From: Bugula neritina
Lineage: Eukaryota > Animalia > Bryozoa
Assembly (NCBI GenBank): GCA_964035545.1
Contig: OZ037766.1
Location: 6,500,722 to 6,564,721 of the forward strand
Length of the DNA stretch: 64,000 bases
Reading direction: 5' to 3'
Under the pieces are notes generated by a model. That model was given only the letters and a program-made list of their open reading frames with translations, searched no databases and had not been told where the DNA came from. Made by a program: the position numbers and the translations under genes. Shown here in pieces: positions 1 through 12,000 of this stretch (within the stretch, counting starts at the first letter, position 1; every line of letters starts with the position of its first letter).

Positions 1-63
1 CTTATATAGCCCTGACTATACATGTTTCATCATTTATTTTCATATGTTTGATTCACACTGCAG

Positions 64-3000
64 GTGCCTCTGATAGTGACAATGACACTCTAACATACAG
101 CATTGTAACAGAAGACTCAGATGTTCGCAGGTATTTTTACATAGACGAGCACACTGGTAAGATTTACCTGCGCTCTCCTCTCAAAGGTTTAGAAAGGCAG
201 AATTTCACCTTCAAGGTGAAAGTTGAGGACGAGGCTTATCCTGTGAAGAGTGACGAGGCTGATGTCATCATCAGAGTCAGCGCTGACAGGCATCCTCCGC
301 AGTTCACTCGGTTCTGTGAGAGCCCCACCGTGCTTGAGGTAAGGTTCACCTCTCTCACTGTCTCTGCTTTGTTGGTGTACAGAAAAATATGTTTTAGGCA
401 AAACCATCAGCTTTTTTTAACTTGACTTTTTCCTTTCATAGAATTCAAATTTGTTTCTTAAAGTCGCTCTGTTTAATGTATTCTCGCTCTTTTAGACCTC
501 CAGTAGAGGAGAAAGAGTGTGTGAAGTTGAGGCTATAGACCGGGATCTAATAGGAAGGATAGAATACAGGATAGTCGGGTTCCCTCCAGGCAGCGATTTA
601 TTTGATATTAGCAGCTCTAGTGGCATCATCACTGTCAACGAATCTCTGTATTATGAACAGCAGTTTAGGTATGACACTAGTACTATGATATTTTAAGTAT
701 TACCATCTAGTTGCTTCTTTCTTAGGAATTTGTAGTTATATGGTATTTCGTCTACACTTGAAAATCAATATTTTTAGATTTTCCTAAGTTAGAAATTAAA
801 TTTGTGGATGAGCAAGACATAATATTTTCTGCTAAAATACATCGAGTATTGTATCTAGATTAGTAAAAAACTTGTTATGTTATGCATATGGCATATATTG
901 ATGTTGTAGGCCTATATAAAATCGTTTATCTAAAAATTGTAACTAAGAAGTATTACTAGATGTTATTATAGCAAAGCAATTTGTGCGAGTATAACAACAT
1001 TGTGTGGCTGGTGCTATAGTTGGTTTTTTTTCGGACATTGCTGTATCATCAGTTCTTAGTTTGCGAATGCCAAAAGAAAATTGTAATTTACAAATTACAT
1101 TGACTGCATGTTATAGATGCTATAGTCTGTAGGTGTTGATTTCATCGTGCATACCTTTAAATAATTACTGCTGTTGGCTTGTTTTTTGATTTTGTCAAAG
1201 CAGAATCGTGCGTGATTCGCAAGCATGGTTCCATGGTGTAATGGTTAGCACTCAGGACTCTGAATCCTGCGATCCGAGTTCAAGTCTCGGTGGAACCTAA
1301 TTTTTTTTCTTCTAAAAATTCACTATAGCTTCTTTTTTATAGTTACCAGCTCGTAATAGAGGCATTCGACACAGTTTACCCTGATAACAAAGTGATTGAT
1401 CAAGCTACTATTAATGTAAGACGCAACACTCATGCGCCTCTCTTTAACCCAGTTGACTATGTAACAAGAATATCTGATGAACATTTGCCAGTTGGGACTC
1501 TAATCAACGTGACGGTATCTGCTTCAGATAGAGATGACCGAGTAAGGACTCAAGTCTTCCCGTCATGATATAGCATAAACATTTGTCTTATTATATATAA
1601 TAAATTAAAATATATTTAGATAATTTACACCTATTTTCAACCTGAAACAAATTACAGCACAGTAGTTTTGTACTAATACAAACTTATTTTGCATGCATAG
1701 CCTATATAATACAACTATTTTAATAGCTCTTCATTTCGACGTATATAAATAGATTTTTGAACATAGTCTGACTTGAATATGTTTTAGTTGACACTAAAAG
1801 GCCAATTCGAGTATTCCATTGACCCTAGCAGTGCAGGAGCGGAATATTTTTACATCCAGCCTTCCACCGGAGTTATAAGTATAGCCAAAATACTTAGCTC
1901 TGATGATAGGCTCACGTATTTCCTGGCTATTCTGGCTACAGACAAAGGCACTCCCGCTCAGACTGGAAGAGCCACTGTCACTATTACTGTTGTGAGGAAC
2001 ATAAACTGTCCAGTATTCCAGACCACATCACCATCATATGATGTAAGCCATATTTCTATGTCTCTACACAAATTATTCTTCTGTGGGAAATAAAATCCAA
2101 TTTTGTTTATAACCACAGCTCTAGTAAAACTGGAATGTCAAGAGTTGGTGGACTTCAGCATGTTTGCTCCCAGCTTGAGATTTTATGCCCAAACACTTTG
2201 TTTACTGGTTGCTATGGTGATATGTTTACAGGTAGCTGTAGAAAGCACTGGAACAACACTCTTTGTAGTCTCAGCAGTAGATGCAGACGCGGGGCGCAAT
2301 GGAATCGTCTCTTATAGAATTGTGCCAGGAGAAAGTTCTCAATCGTTATTCCAAATAGATAGAGATTCAGGTTTGGCTTCTTAATCCAGTAATGTCTTAG
2401 AGCCGTTTTTTTTTAAATTTATATTCAAACTGTGATATACCAACGATGTCTGTGAAATGTTGTGTAGTGTTAAGTTTACCCAGCAGCCCCTGTGGTGGAA
2501 TTGGTTAGCGCGCCTGCTTGCAAGCCGGAGGTCTGTGGTTCAAATCTTGGTGGAGGCAAAATTTTTACACATTGTGTGGGTGATTGCAGGTGCTGTCTCC
2601 CTTACCAATGTCGTTAGTCAAGATATGATCAACACCACAGTTAGTGTGACAGTGGAGGCATTGGATGGAGGTAATCCACCTTGTGTGAAGCAGCAGGTTA
2701 TCTCTGTTACGTTTACTGACGGATCTGGTATTAGGTATGTGAAAGGCTTTTATATATTCTAATAAAAATAAGGAAGTCAAGTAGGTTTTGAATATATAGA
2801 TTATAAAGGTATATATTCGGTTACTTTTTGAGGCATACAATTATATTCTGTTTGCTGAGAAATGCAGTCTGGTTGATGAAAGATTGTACAAGACAGCAAT
2901 CAGGTTTATTTTATTTACAGCCAAGTTGCTTAGCTTTCCTTAGTTTAGTTAGTGCCAATCACAATTACTATATATAAGTAAACTGTGAATTGCAGTATGT

Positions 3001-6000
3001 AAACTCACGTAAGTTTATAGTCACTATCAGTGTGAGAACCCCTGACGGAAAGGGTTTTTTTAAGTAGGCTAAGAACTTATTCATATGTGGCACAGAAGCT
3101 TTTATGACTAGATGCTCTTCCTAACATCACCAATGGTCTTTACTAGGGGTCAAGCCCATGACCTCGTGTTTAGTAAGCCAATGCTCTAAAGTCTAGCCCC
3201 TAGACCACAGCTGCTCCGTGCATATTTCAGTAGTCATGTTTTATTACTACTTTCAAGTGTCCTGTTCATACTTTGATTTCTGAACTCAAAGACACCATTA
3301 CTTCATCATGTTTACAGGATGCCCCCGGAATATATCGTAAACCATGACGAATCACTGGATCCAGGAAGTGACATCATAACTGTAGCTGCAGTCTCAAAGT
3401 CTCCTCCTATCATCTATACACTGCTACCAGATGCCACATACAGCAGTTACTTTGCCATGGAATCAGCCACTGGGAGGATATTTTTACGGCAGCGATTCAC
3501 AACTGATGACAGCAATACTTTGCAGTATGACCTGCTTGTGACAGCCAGAGATAACACTGGGGCTACTGCTACTACTCGAGTGAAGGTGAGACAAATAGTT
3601 CTATGAAAGGTATCAAATAGTCTGACAAAATGCAACTCTTGGTGAGCATTTATTTTTACCAACATTTTGTAACGCTTTTCTTCACTTATGCAAATGTTTG
3701 GTAAAGATGTGTTGAGTTTTTAAGTTGTTATTCGTTGCATATGCTTATAAGCAAACTTTGGAAGAAAGCTGCTTGATAACATATAGCCGTTGCTAAAGGG
3801 AATGTTTCGTTTTCTTATGATAACTCCAAGGTTTTTAAGTCAAATGACAGCCACTCAAAATTTTTCTTTTCACATAATAAGAACTGGAAAATGAGTTGAC
3901 AAGTCGTATACTTATAAATTGTCTTCTCTTGGTTAAGCAAAATATGTGTCAAAAATCTAAAGATACTCAACTTGATCATTTAATTACTTCAAATGAAATT
4001 CAAGTACACATCACGTGTAACAGCAAAGCCCTTGTTCCTAAAAATAAATAACAATTATTAAATATTGAGAAATAAATTTAATGATTTGTTTATTGTAGTT
4101 TAAGCATTGTATTGTGGTGTTCTGTCTTTGTATTGTATCATATACAGAACATGTTTATATTATACATATGTTGTATATCATATACATGAACTATATTTAA
4201 AAACATTGGTGAGCTGTGTGTAGACAGCAAGAGCAGAGTTTTACTTATTCAAGTGTTGTTTAATGAATTTTCTAGAAAGATGTCAGTTACATTTCTACAT
4301 TATATCAACGTGCTTGTATCTTATTCACTTCTAGTAGAAGAAGTTGTGAAGATGTTCTTGCGTGTTTGTAGGTCATTGTCACTAGAAACAGTTTTGCTCC
4401 TGTGTTTATACAATCTCAGAATGTCAGCATTTACAGACAGAACCCTATAAATCAGCCTTTGACTAGAGTAATTGCTACAGATGGTGACAGAGTTGGTACA
4501 GACAGCGCCCGTATAAGGTGAGCTTTTATAACTTTATGGTATTGCACATAGCATACTGCAATACTTGTATGAAGTATATCTAGGCATGTTGTATATTAAC
4601 GAGTTAATAGACTGCAGTAGAACCATTTACTTACTCCCCCATTACATACCTGGTATTAGTAATATGACTGCAATGCTATGGTTTTAGCAGAACAACTGTG
4701 TGTGGCTTATGTTCTGAAACTAGGTGTTAATTTTACAACAGATATATATAAATATTTTGGCTTGGAGTTTATTTTAGTACACCTGCATCGTTTGTATTGC
4801 TTCTTTATAGGTACTCTCTCAGCTTTGAACAATCAGAACCACTCACATCTATCAGCTATTTCCAAATCAATGAGAGAAACGGAGACATTAGTTTATTTAG
4901 ATCTCTGGTTGAAGATGTTTCACTCACCTCTGTTTACAAACTTTATGTTCTGGCTTCAGACCAAGGTGAGCTATGTCGAAAAATGCTTTTGCAAAAATAA
5001 AAAAAATGCCATGACCAGGATTCGAACCTGGGTTTTCGCGGCCACAACGCGAAGTACTAACCACTATACTATCATGGCTTGATGGTAAAACAAGCTATGT
5101 TTAATTTTGTGTTTGGTATTTTGTTCAAATAATTTGTTTTTAAATACTTCCAGGAATTAATCAATCAACATCGTATCTCCAATAATTTTAATTAACTTGT
5201 CTTCCATATATAACATGTTATGTGATTTGAAGAAAAGTAATTGTTAAATCAATATCAATTGTTTGCACACTAAAACCTGTTGATGAAGTCTATCTGAAAA
5301 TGGGAATAAATATATAATAGTATTTATTGTCAACATAAGCATAAGAAGTTTAATCTTTTGGAGTTGATATTGCAGGTGTTCCAGTAAAGTCAGCTGCAAC
5401 TATTGTGTCAGTTAGTATAAAGGATAATAGAGCCCCATCTTTCAGCCAGTCAGTGTATGAGGCTACGGTAGTCGAAAGGTTAGGAATCGGTGAAGTGGTT
5501 AGATCAGTCAGCGCTGCCGATCCTGATGGAGATGACGTAACGTATAGTATTCTGGTAGGTGATTCATTAATTGGTCACAATTTATTATTAGGCTGATATA
5601 CTATGTAATATATGTTGTGGTGAGAGAGAAGAGTAAAGATAAAAAATTGTTTTGTAAAAAGTATGTGATGTTTGTAAAATTTGTTTAAATACAATTATCT
5701 CATGTTCATAATTTTAAAACTGTAAAGAATACATGCTACATTTAAATGTTAAAACAAGTAGAATTGCATAATGTTATGTTTCCAAATTATATTTTGATTC
5801 TAAATTTTACCAATTGATATGTTTAGAAAACTTATGAATTTCATTGAAAATGGCACTATGTTATTTGTATTTATTTAGCCATGCTGGTAATATAATACAG
5901 GGTAAACTTAAATCATAGAGTAATGCATCTCATCTTGTGTGTAGGACTCCACTGATTCTAGAAAGTTCAAGATGGATGCAGCCAGAGGTGTTATACAAAT

Positions 6001-9000
6001 AGCTGGAGCCTTGTACACAGATACGAATGATTATAATATAACAGTAGTCGCTACTGACAGCGGTATGCCCTCTATGTCAGCGTATGCCAATGTGTACATC
6101 ACTGTAACCAGAAACTTCAACAAACCCTACTTTACAACCAATTATACTCGCAGCATCTCAGAATATGCAGCTATTGGCCAGCAGGTCCTTAGTGTTGTTG
6201 CTTACGATGACGACCCTTCATACTCCCCTAGTGGTCAGCTCAGTTATGAGTTGGTGCCAGGGCTAACGCAAGGAGCGGAAACTTACTTTAGAATCGGAAC
6301 TGTGGAAGATGCGGGATTGATTAGCGTTAATAGGAGCCTGAGAGAGTTTCCTGGCAGAGATATGCAGTTTAGGGTATTGGTGAGAGATGGTGGAGCTCCT
6401 TCTAAAACAGCCGTAGCTTTTGTTCACATCAGGTGAGAGCTTATCCTTTACTGGTCACATGACTCCATACTGCACTACAATTCGCATGGATCCAAAAGCA
6501 TTCTTGAAATATTAGTATTGATGACAAAATCATATTATTGGTTATTGATGACTGACAATAGTATGTGTATATTTTCTACATTTATATCACATCTACACAT
6601 TTACAGAGATTGTTGATTTAAGTTGAATATAATACAATAACTGTTAAAGTTGTCTTCTCTTTGTTTCAGAATACTTGGAAACGAGCATAGTCCTAGGTTT
6701 ACTCTAACCAATTACACGGCCACAATAAGCGAGTCGCACCTGATTGGTCAAGTGGTGCTGACAGTGAAGGCCTCGGATGATGACAGAATAGATCAAGGTC
6801 AAACAGCAAACAGTTTCCTCACGTATTCCATCAGAGATACAGAGACGTCTGCTGATGCCACCAGGTGAGTCATAGCTATGTGTTGGTAGTACTTTGGGTT
6901 AACATAAGATTTAGTAAAAGCAAAAAAAATTATTAAGATTAAGTTAAAGAACTCAGGCAATTGAAATTTCTTATTACTACACCTAGTAGATAAAACTCAC
7001 TCACGGAAGTTTATAGTTGCTATCCCTGTGAGAAACCTCTGATGGAAAGGTTTTTTGTTAAAGCAGGCTAAGGGCTTATTTAAATGAGGCACAGGAGCAA
7101 TTATGACTGGATGCTCTTCCTAACATCACCAATGGCCTATGTCCGAGCTCGAACCCATGACTTCGTGTTTACTAGGCAAACACTTTAACCCCTAGACCAC
7201 TGCTGCTCCCATATACACCTAGTAGATGTTTTAAGTTATAGTTTTTGACTCATTTTACTGTTTATTTTGTAAATGGCAAATTATTAAATTTTATCTTATA
7301 TCTTTTAATTTTCTTTGTATTTTATATTCAAAGCAATTTTCATTCCTGTTTATTTCAGATTATTTTACTAGAATCTAAACATTTCAGATATACAAACGCA
7401 GTTTATAGTTAAAATATATATGTATAGAGTTGTCGTCTTCTATTTAACATATTATTTGCTAAAAAAGGAGATAACTCACCAACATAACTTTGGATACACT
7501 AAAATTGTTAATAATATGCCATTTTCACATGAAAGCAACTTAAACATTGTTGAGGAGCCTTTTTTTACAAATTTTCCGTTCACTCCTGCAAATTTAAATT
7601 TTATTTCTGTGCACTTATTTTGGCACTTCCATGCTCATCTGCAGTTAGTTGAGTGTGTGACAAAAGAGGGGTATTTCTGTAGCTTTTACTAAAGTAATCG
7701 ATTGGTGAGCAGAATCTATGCATAGGTTAGTGTAATTGATTTGTGTGGTACATTATTAGCCCTGAGTATGATATATTATATGCATATTGTACATAATTGC
7801 CACGATAATTTGATGCATGTATGGTTCACATTTCCTTTCACAATAATAACAACACTATGGCTTCATTTCTTTAGATACTTTGCCATGGAGAAAGACACGG
7901 GAGTACTGACTGTGAAGAGATCACTGAAATCTAACATTTTTAGCCCTGAGTTCTACTCGTTTGAAGTAGATGTGTATGATGAGGGGCTGCCACAGAGGAG
8001 TTCTACAGCCTCGATATTCATTGACGTGAGGAAAGATCTTAGTCTAGACTACGGCATCGGTTTTGACTCTCGTTTCTACAGATGGCAGGTTTCAGAAAAT
8101 GGCAGCGTCTCCAGAGGTCAGTTGGCGGATTTTCTTGTGACATTACGGTTTTCTCAGGGATAAATACACGATGGAAGAATAACAAATAAACAAGTTTTAA
8201 AGCTTCTGTTTTAGGATTGATTTTTTTCATTTTGACATATTATATGATGAGCTGAAGCAAGAGTGTAGAGTCAGCTGTATGGAGAAGTTTTTTTAGACAA
8301 AATTTACAACAAATAGGAATTGACAATAGTATTGTGGTTGAAAGTGGTAAATAATTTCCAAATTAAAATTACCTATTCCATGACAGTTAAGTGAAAATAA
8401 CTGTTTTTCTGAGCTTTCATGAGTTGCTGTATAAAACAATTGCTTTGCTTCACATTGAAACTATTTAATTTTATATTTTAACTCCATGAAAACTTAGCAC
8501 TTATGCTCAACATAAAGGGCTACTTTTAGTTCAATAGAATAATGCTTTCACCTTTGAAAGTTTGAAATGATATGCTCAGATGAAAGTTTTTTTGATAAAG
8601 ATAAAGTTAGCTAGCATTGTTAGACGTTTAATATAGAATATAGAATTGACAGTGAAACTGCAATTATTTTGATATGCTTTGCGATCCTCAACCATCATTT
8701 CAAGAAATGGCTTGATACTTTGTCCTTCTTTCATTCAGTTTACTACTACAATGGTGAAGGTTTTCAACACTATCGGTATTTCAGCGAACGGTTCAATATG
8801 AATGTATTGTGATTATAATTCGTTATAAAGACGCGATTGTCATCTGAGCCATGATAGTATAGTGGTTAGTACTTCGCGTTGTGGCCGCGAAAACCCAGGT
8901 TCGAATCCTGGTCATGGCATTTTTTGTTCATTTTTTTATTCACAGTTCATACAGTATTTATTGAGTAATTGTGTATTTTTTTAGATATGGCTGTCATAAA

Positions 9001-12000
9001 TTCAAATGGCCGTGCCTTCATCTGTGAGCTCGTTAATGCGCCTAACGGCTTTTCTGTAGAAGAAGATGTAGGCCTTGAGCTTTGTAGATTAAGACATCCA
9101 GGGCTAGACTTTGAGACCGTGGAAATTGTTAGCCTGACTGCAAGAGTTCGGCTTCAACACCAATCATTCTCTGATCAGTCTGGGCCTGGTTATCATCCTC
9201 AAACTACAGTATGTGCTTCGTAATCCTATAATTGTATGCTTTTAGCATAATCAGATTGATGATTTCAGTTCATTTACTTACTATTTCTACGAAATTTCAG
9301 ATTGATATAAGCGTGGTGGACATCAATGACAATAAGCCATATTTTATCTACACCCCTAACCCTTCATACAGCCAATATCTAAGTATTGTGTCTGTTGACC
9401 CTGAAGGATATGAATCCTTGCCTCAAACATGTCTCACTCAGTTGAAGGCTATGGATGATGACAGTGGTGTCAATGGAGAAGTGAGTACCTTTGCTACGCA
9501 TGACTATATTATTGTAATATTTTACTTGATATATTTATATTGGAAACATCCATATAATATTATATGCTATAATGTGTATTAAAAAGTATCACTTCTGCCT
9601 ATTATTCAAGTTTGTATTTTATTTTTGGCATGTATTATATTGCAATTTTGTACAGCTGTTCTCTTTGATATTTGCAAGTTCATTAATTAAAAATAATAAT
9701 ATATACATCTCTTCAATTTAGGTTGCCTATCAGCTCACCTTTGTATCTGATGAGTCTTTGTTTGCAATTGATGAGGATTCAGACTGCTTGAAAAATAATA
9801 AATATATTTCTGATGATGGAGATGATTATTTTAATATTGAGGTAAGTAACATCACAATAGCTATTAGTAAAAAGTATTTGTTTACTAAAAGTAACTGCAA
9901 AAAGATGCGCCCGAGGTGGGGCTCGAACCCACGACCCTGGGATTAAGAGTCCCATGCTCTACCGACTGAGCCACCCGGGCTTCGTGATGTTAGAGCAAGA
10001 TAATGGACAACCAACCACTAAGTAGGAGAAAGGCAGGGCTAAGTTTAAGTCAAATTCAAGTTTAAGTCAAGTCAATTTAAATACTGAAGTTGATTGGCTC
10101 AACTTATTGGTTTGGCTTGAATATTCTGGCTGACTTTATAGCAAATTTTTGAAGTTTGAGCAAATCAAAAGTCTGAGTGCTGAGTTTCCTATTAGTTTAT
10201 TTTTCAGTCTTATCAACGATTATTTGTATCTTGTATTGTATTTTTGTAGAATGAGAGGATGTAGATGTAAATGAGAGTTTTTGGTCATTGTAATTTAGCC
10301 ATTATATTAGTTAAATCGTTATTATAGAGATCAATGTTTGTTTCAAAATAGCTAAACCTAAAGCTAAAATTTATTTTGCAAATTTACTAAAAAAAAGTGC
10401 TACTGCCGGCCACTACTTCTATCAGTTATTGTACTATTGTAAACAAATATTGTATATAAAATTGTTAAATAACTTCATTGGCAAATCGCTCAAATATTGC
10501 TTTGACTGAAAAATATTTTCCCCTAAGCCATAACTTGCAATGCATTCGACTCTGTTACAAAGAAGAGTCACCGCTACAGATGTTATATATTAGGAAATTT
10601 GATTTTCTAGTCCTAATCATCAGCGTAATATTATGACAACAATATTTAAAAAAAAGTTGCGCCCGAGGTGGGGCTCGAACCCACGACCCTGGGATTAAGA
10701 GTCCCATGCTCTACCGACTGAGCCACCCGGGCTAGTTGTTGCAGGTGCTCCCTAGTATAAGCTATGTCAATACTTAGATTTTACCCAGCACCAATAATTC
10801 TTTCGAGGAGATAGTGTTGATAGAATTTAAGGACCAACTACTAATTCATATGGACATTGTAAACTCAGCTGTGAAAACAGGCAACAAAAGTAACATGTCA
10901 CCATAGACAGTTTTCACTGGATTAAATTATCAAAACATTAAAATCGCCACATTTATTCAGCATGTTAATCTCTTGAAACTGGTGCTGAAAGCAGCCTTGG
11001 TGGGAAATGTATGCTTATGTTCCTGTATGGAACGCAGGTCGCTGTGACCAGAACTAAACTTGACTGTAAATATATACACAAGGTCTTGCTGCATCAGCTT
11101 TTTCTATTGCAATATAAACCATCTAGTATTTATTTCTCAATAGTGTAGTGAAAGTGCTTAATTAAAAAACATATTGAACTTTAATGTCATTTTCCAAAAG
11201 ACTATTGTTTGAAAAATATAACTTTTGCGTTTATATACTTTGTTGCCGAGCAGTTGACAGGAATATTTGAATCTAGAGATAAATTGTTGTGAATGGGATA
11301 GTCACTAATAGCAAGAGAGTATAATAAATTCCATTTGCATAGATATGAATGCCATGGCAAACTAGCTCTGCTAGGTTCTCCTTGGTAGTAATTATACAGG
11401 GCAGTCAAGCGAATATCCCTACATACTTGCAGTTGGTAAATATCTCGAGCTATCTGATCAGACAGCAACACAACACACTTCTGTGTACTGTCAGTGTAGT
11501 GTGTACTGTCAGTGTAGTGTGTGCTGTGTACTGTGTACTATCAGTGTAGTGTGCGCTGCAGCTGTTTGCTCTGTCTAAGTCAGCTCACACTTTCTCCAAC
11601 ACTTGCAGATTACGGCGCTTGACGGAGGTAGTCCTTCGCTCTCCACTAAAGGCAGCGTCAGAATGTTTAAAATTAGAGATGAGAACAGAATGGTGCTGGT
11701 TCTGAACAAGGCCGAGTTGTCTGCTGAAGAGATCGAGTCTTACAGACTTCTGCTGCAGAAGATCATCGGAAAGGATGTCATTGTTGGTATGTGTTGGCAC
11801 ATTATGGCATCATTACATAGTGTATTACATGTCATATACTCAACCAACATATTATAGTTCAGTAGCTGAAGATTGCTGTTAAGCTAACAAATGGCTTACT
11901 TTGCTAAAATATCATGAGTAACACCAGTTGACCAGTAGGCCTACAGCCTAGGCTATTTCAATGTTGAATTACAATTTTCTGTAGAGAAAGTCTCAGCCAG

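Noticed and set aside
4678-5082. ORF-track 134-aa ORF (and 9758-9946 tail MRPRWGSNPRPWD)
   Set aside because: Wrong frame of a cadherin exon or intron read-through into antisense tRNA genes.
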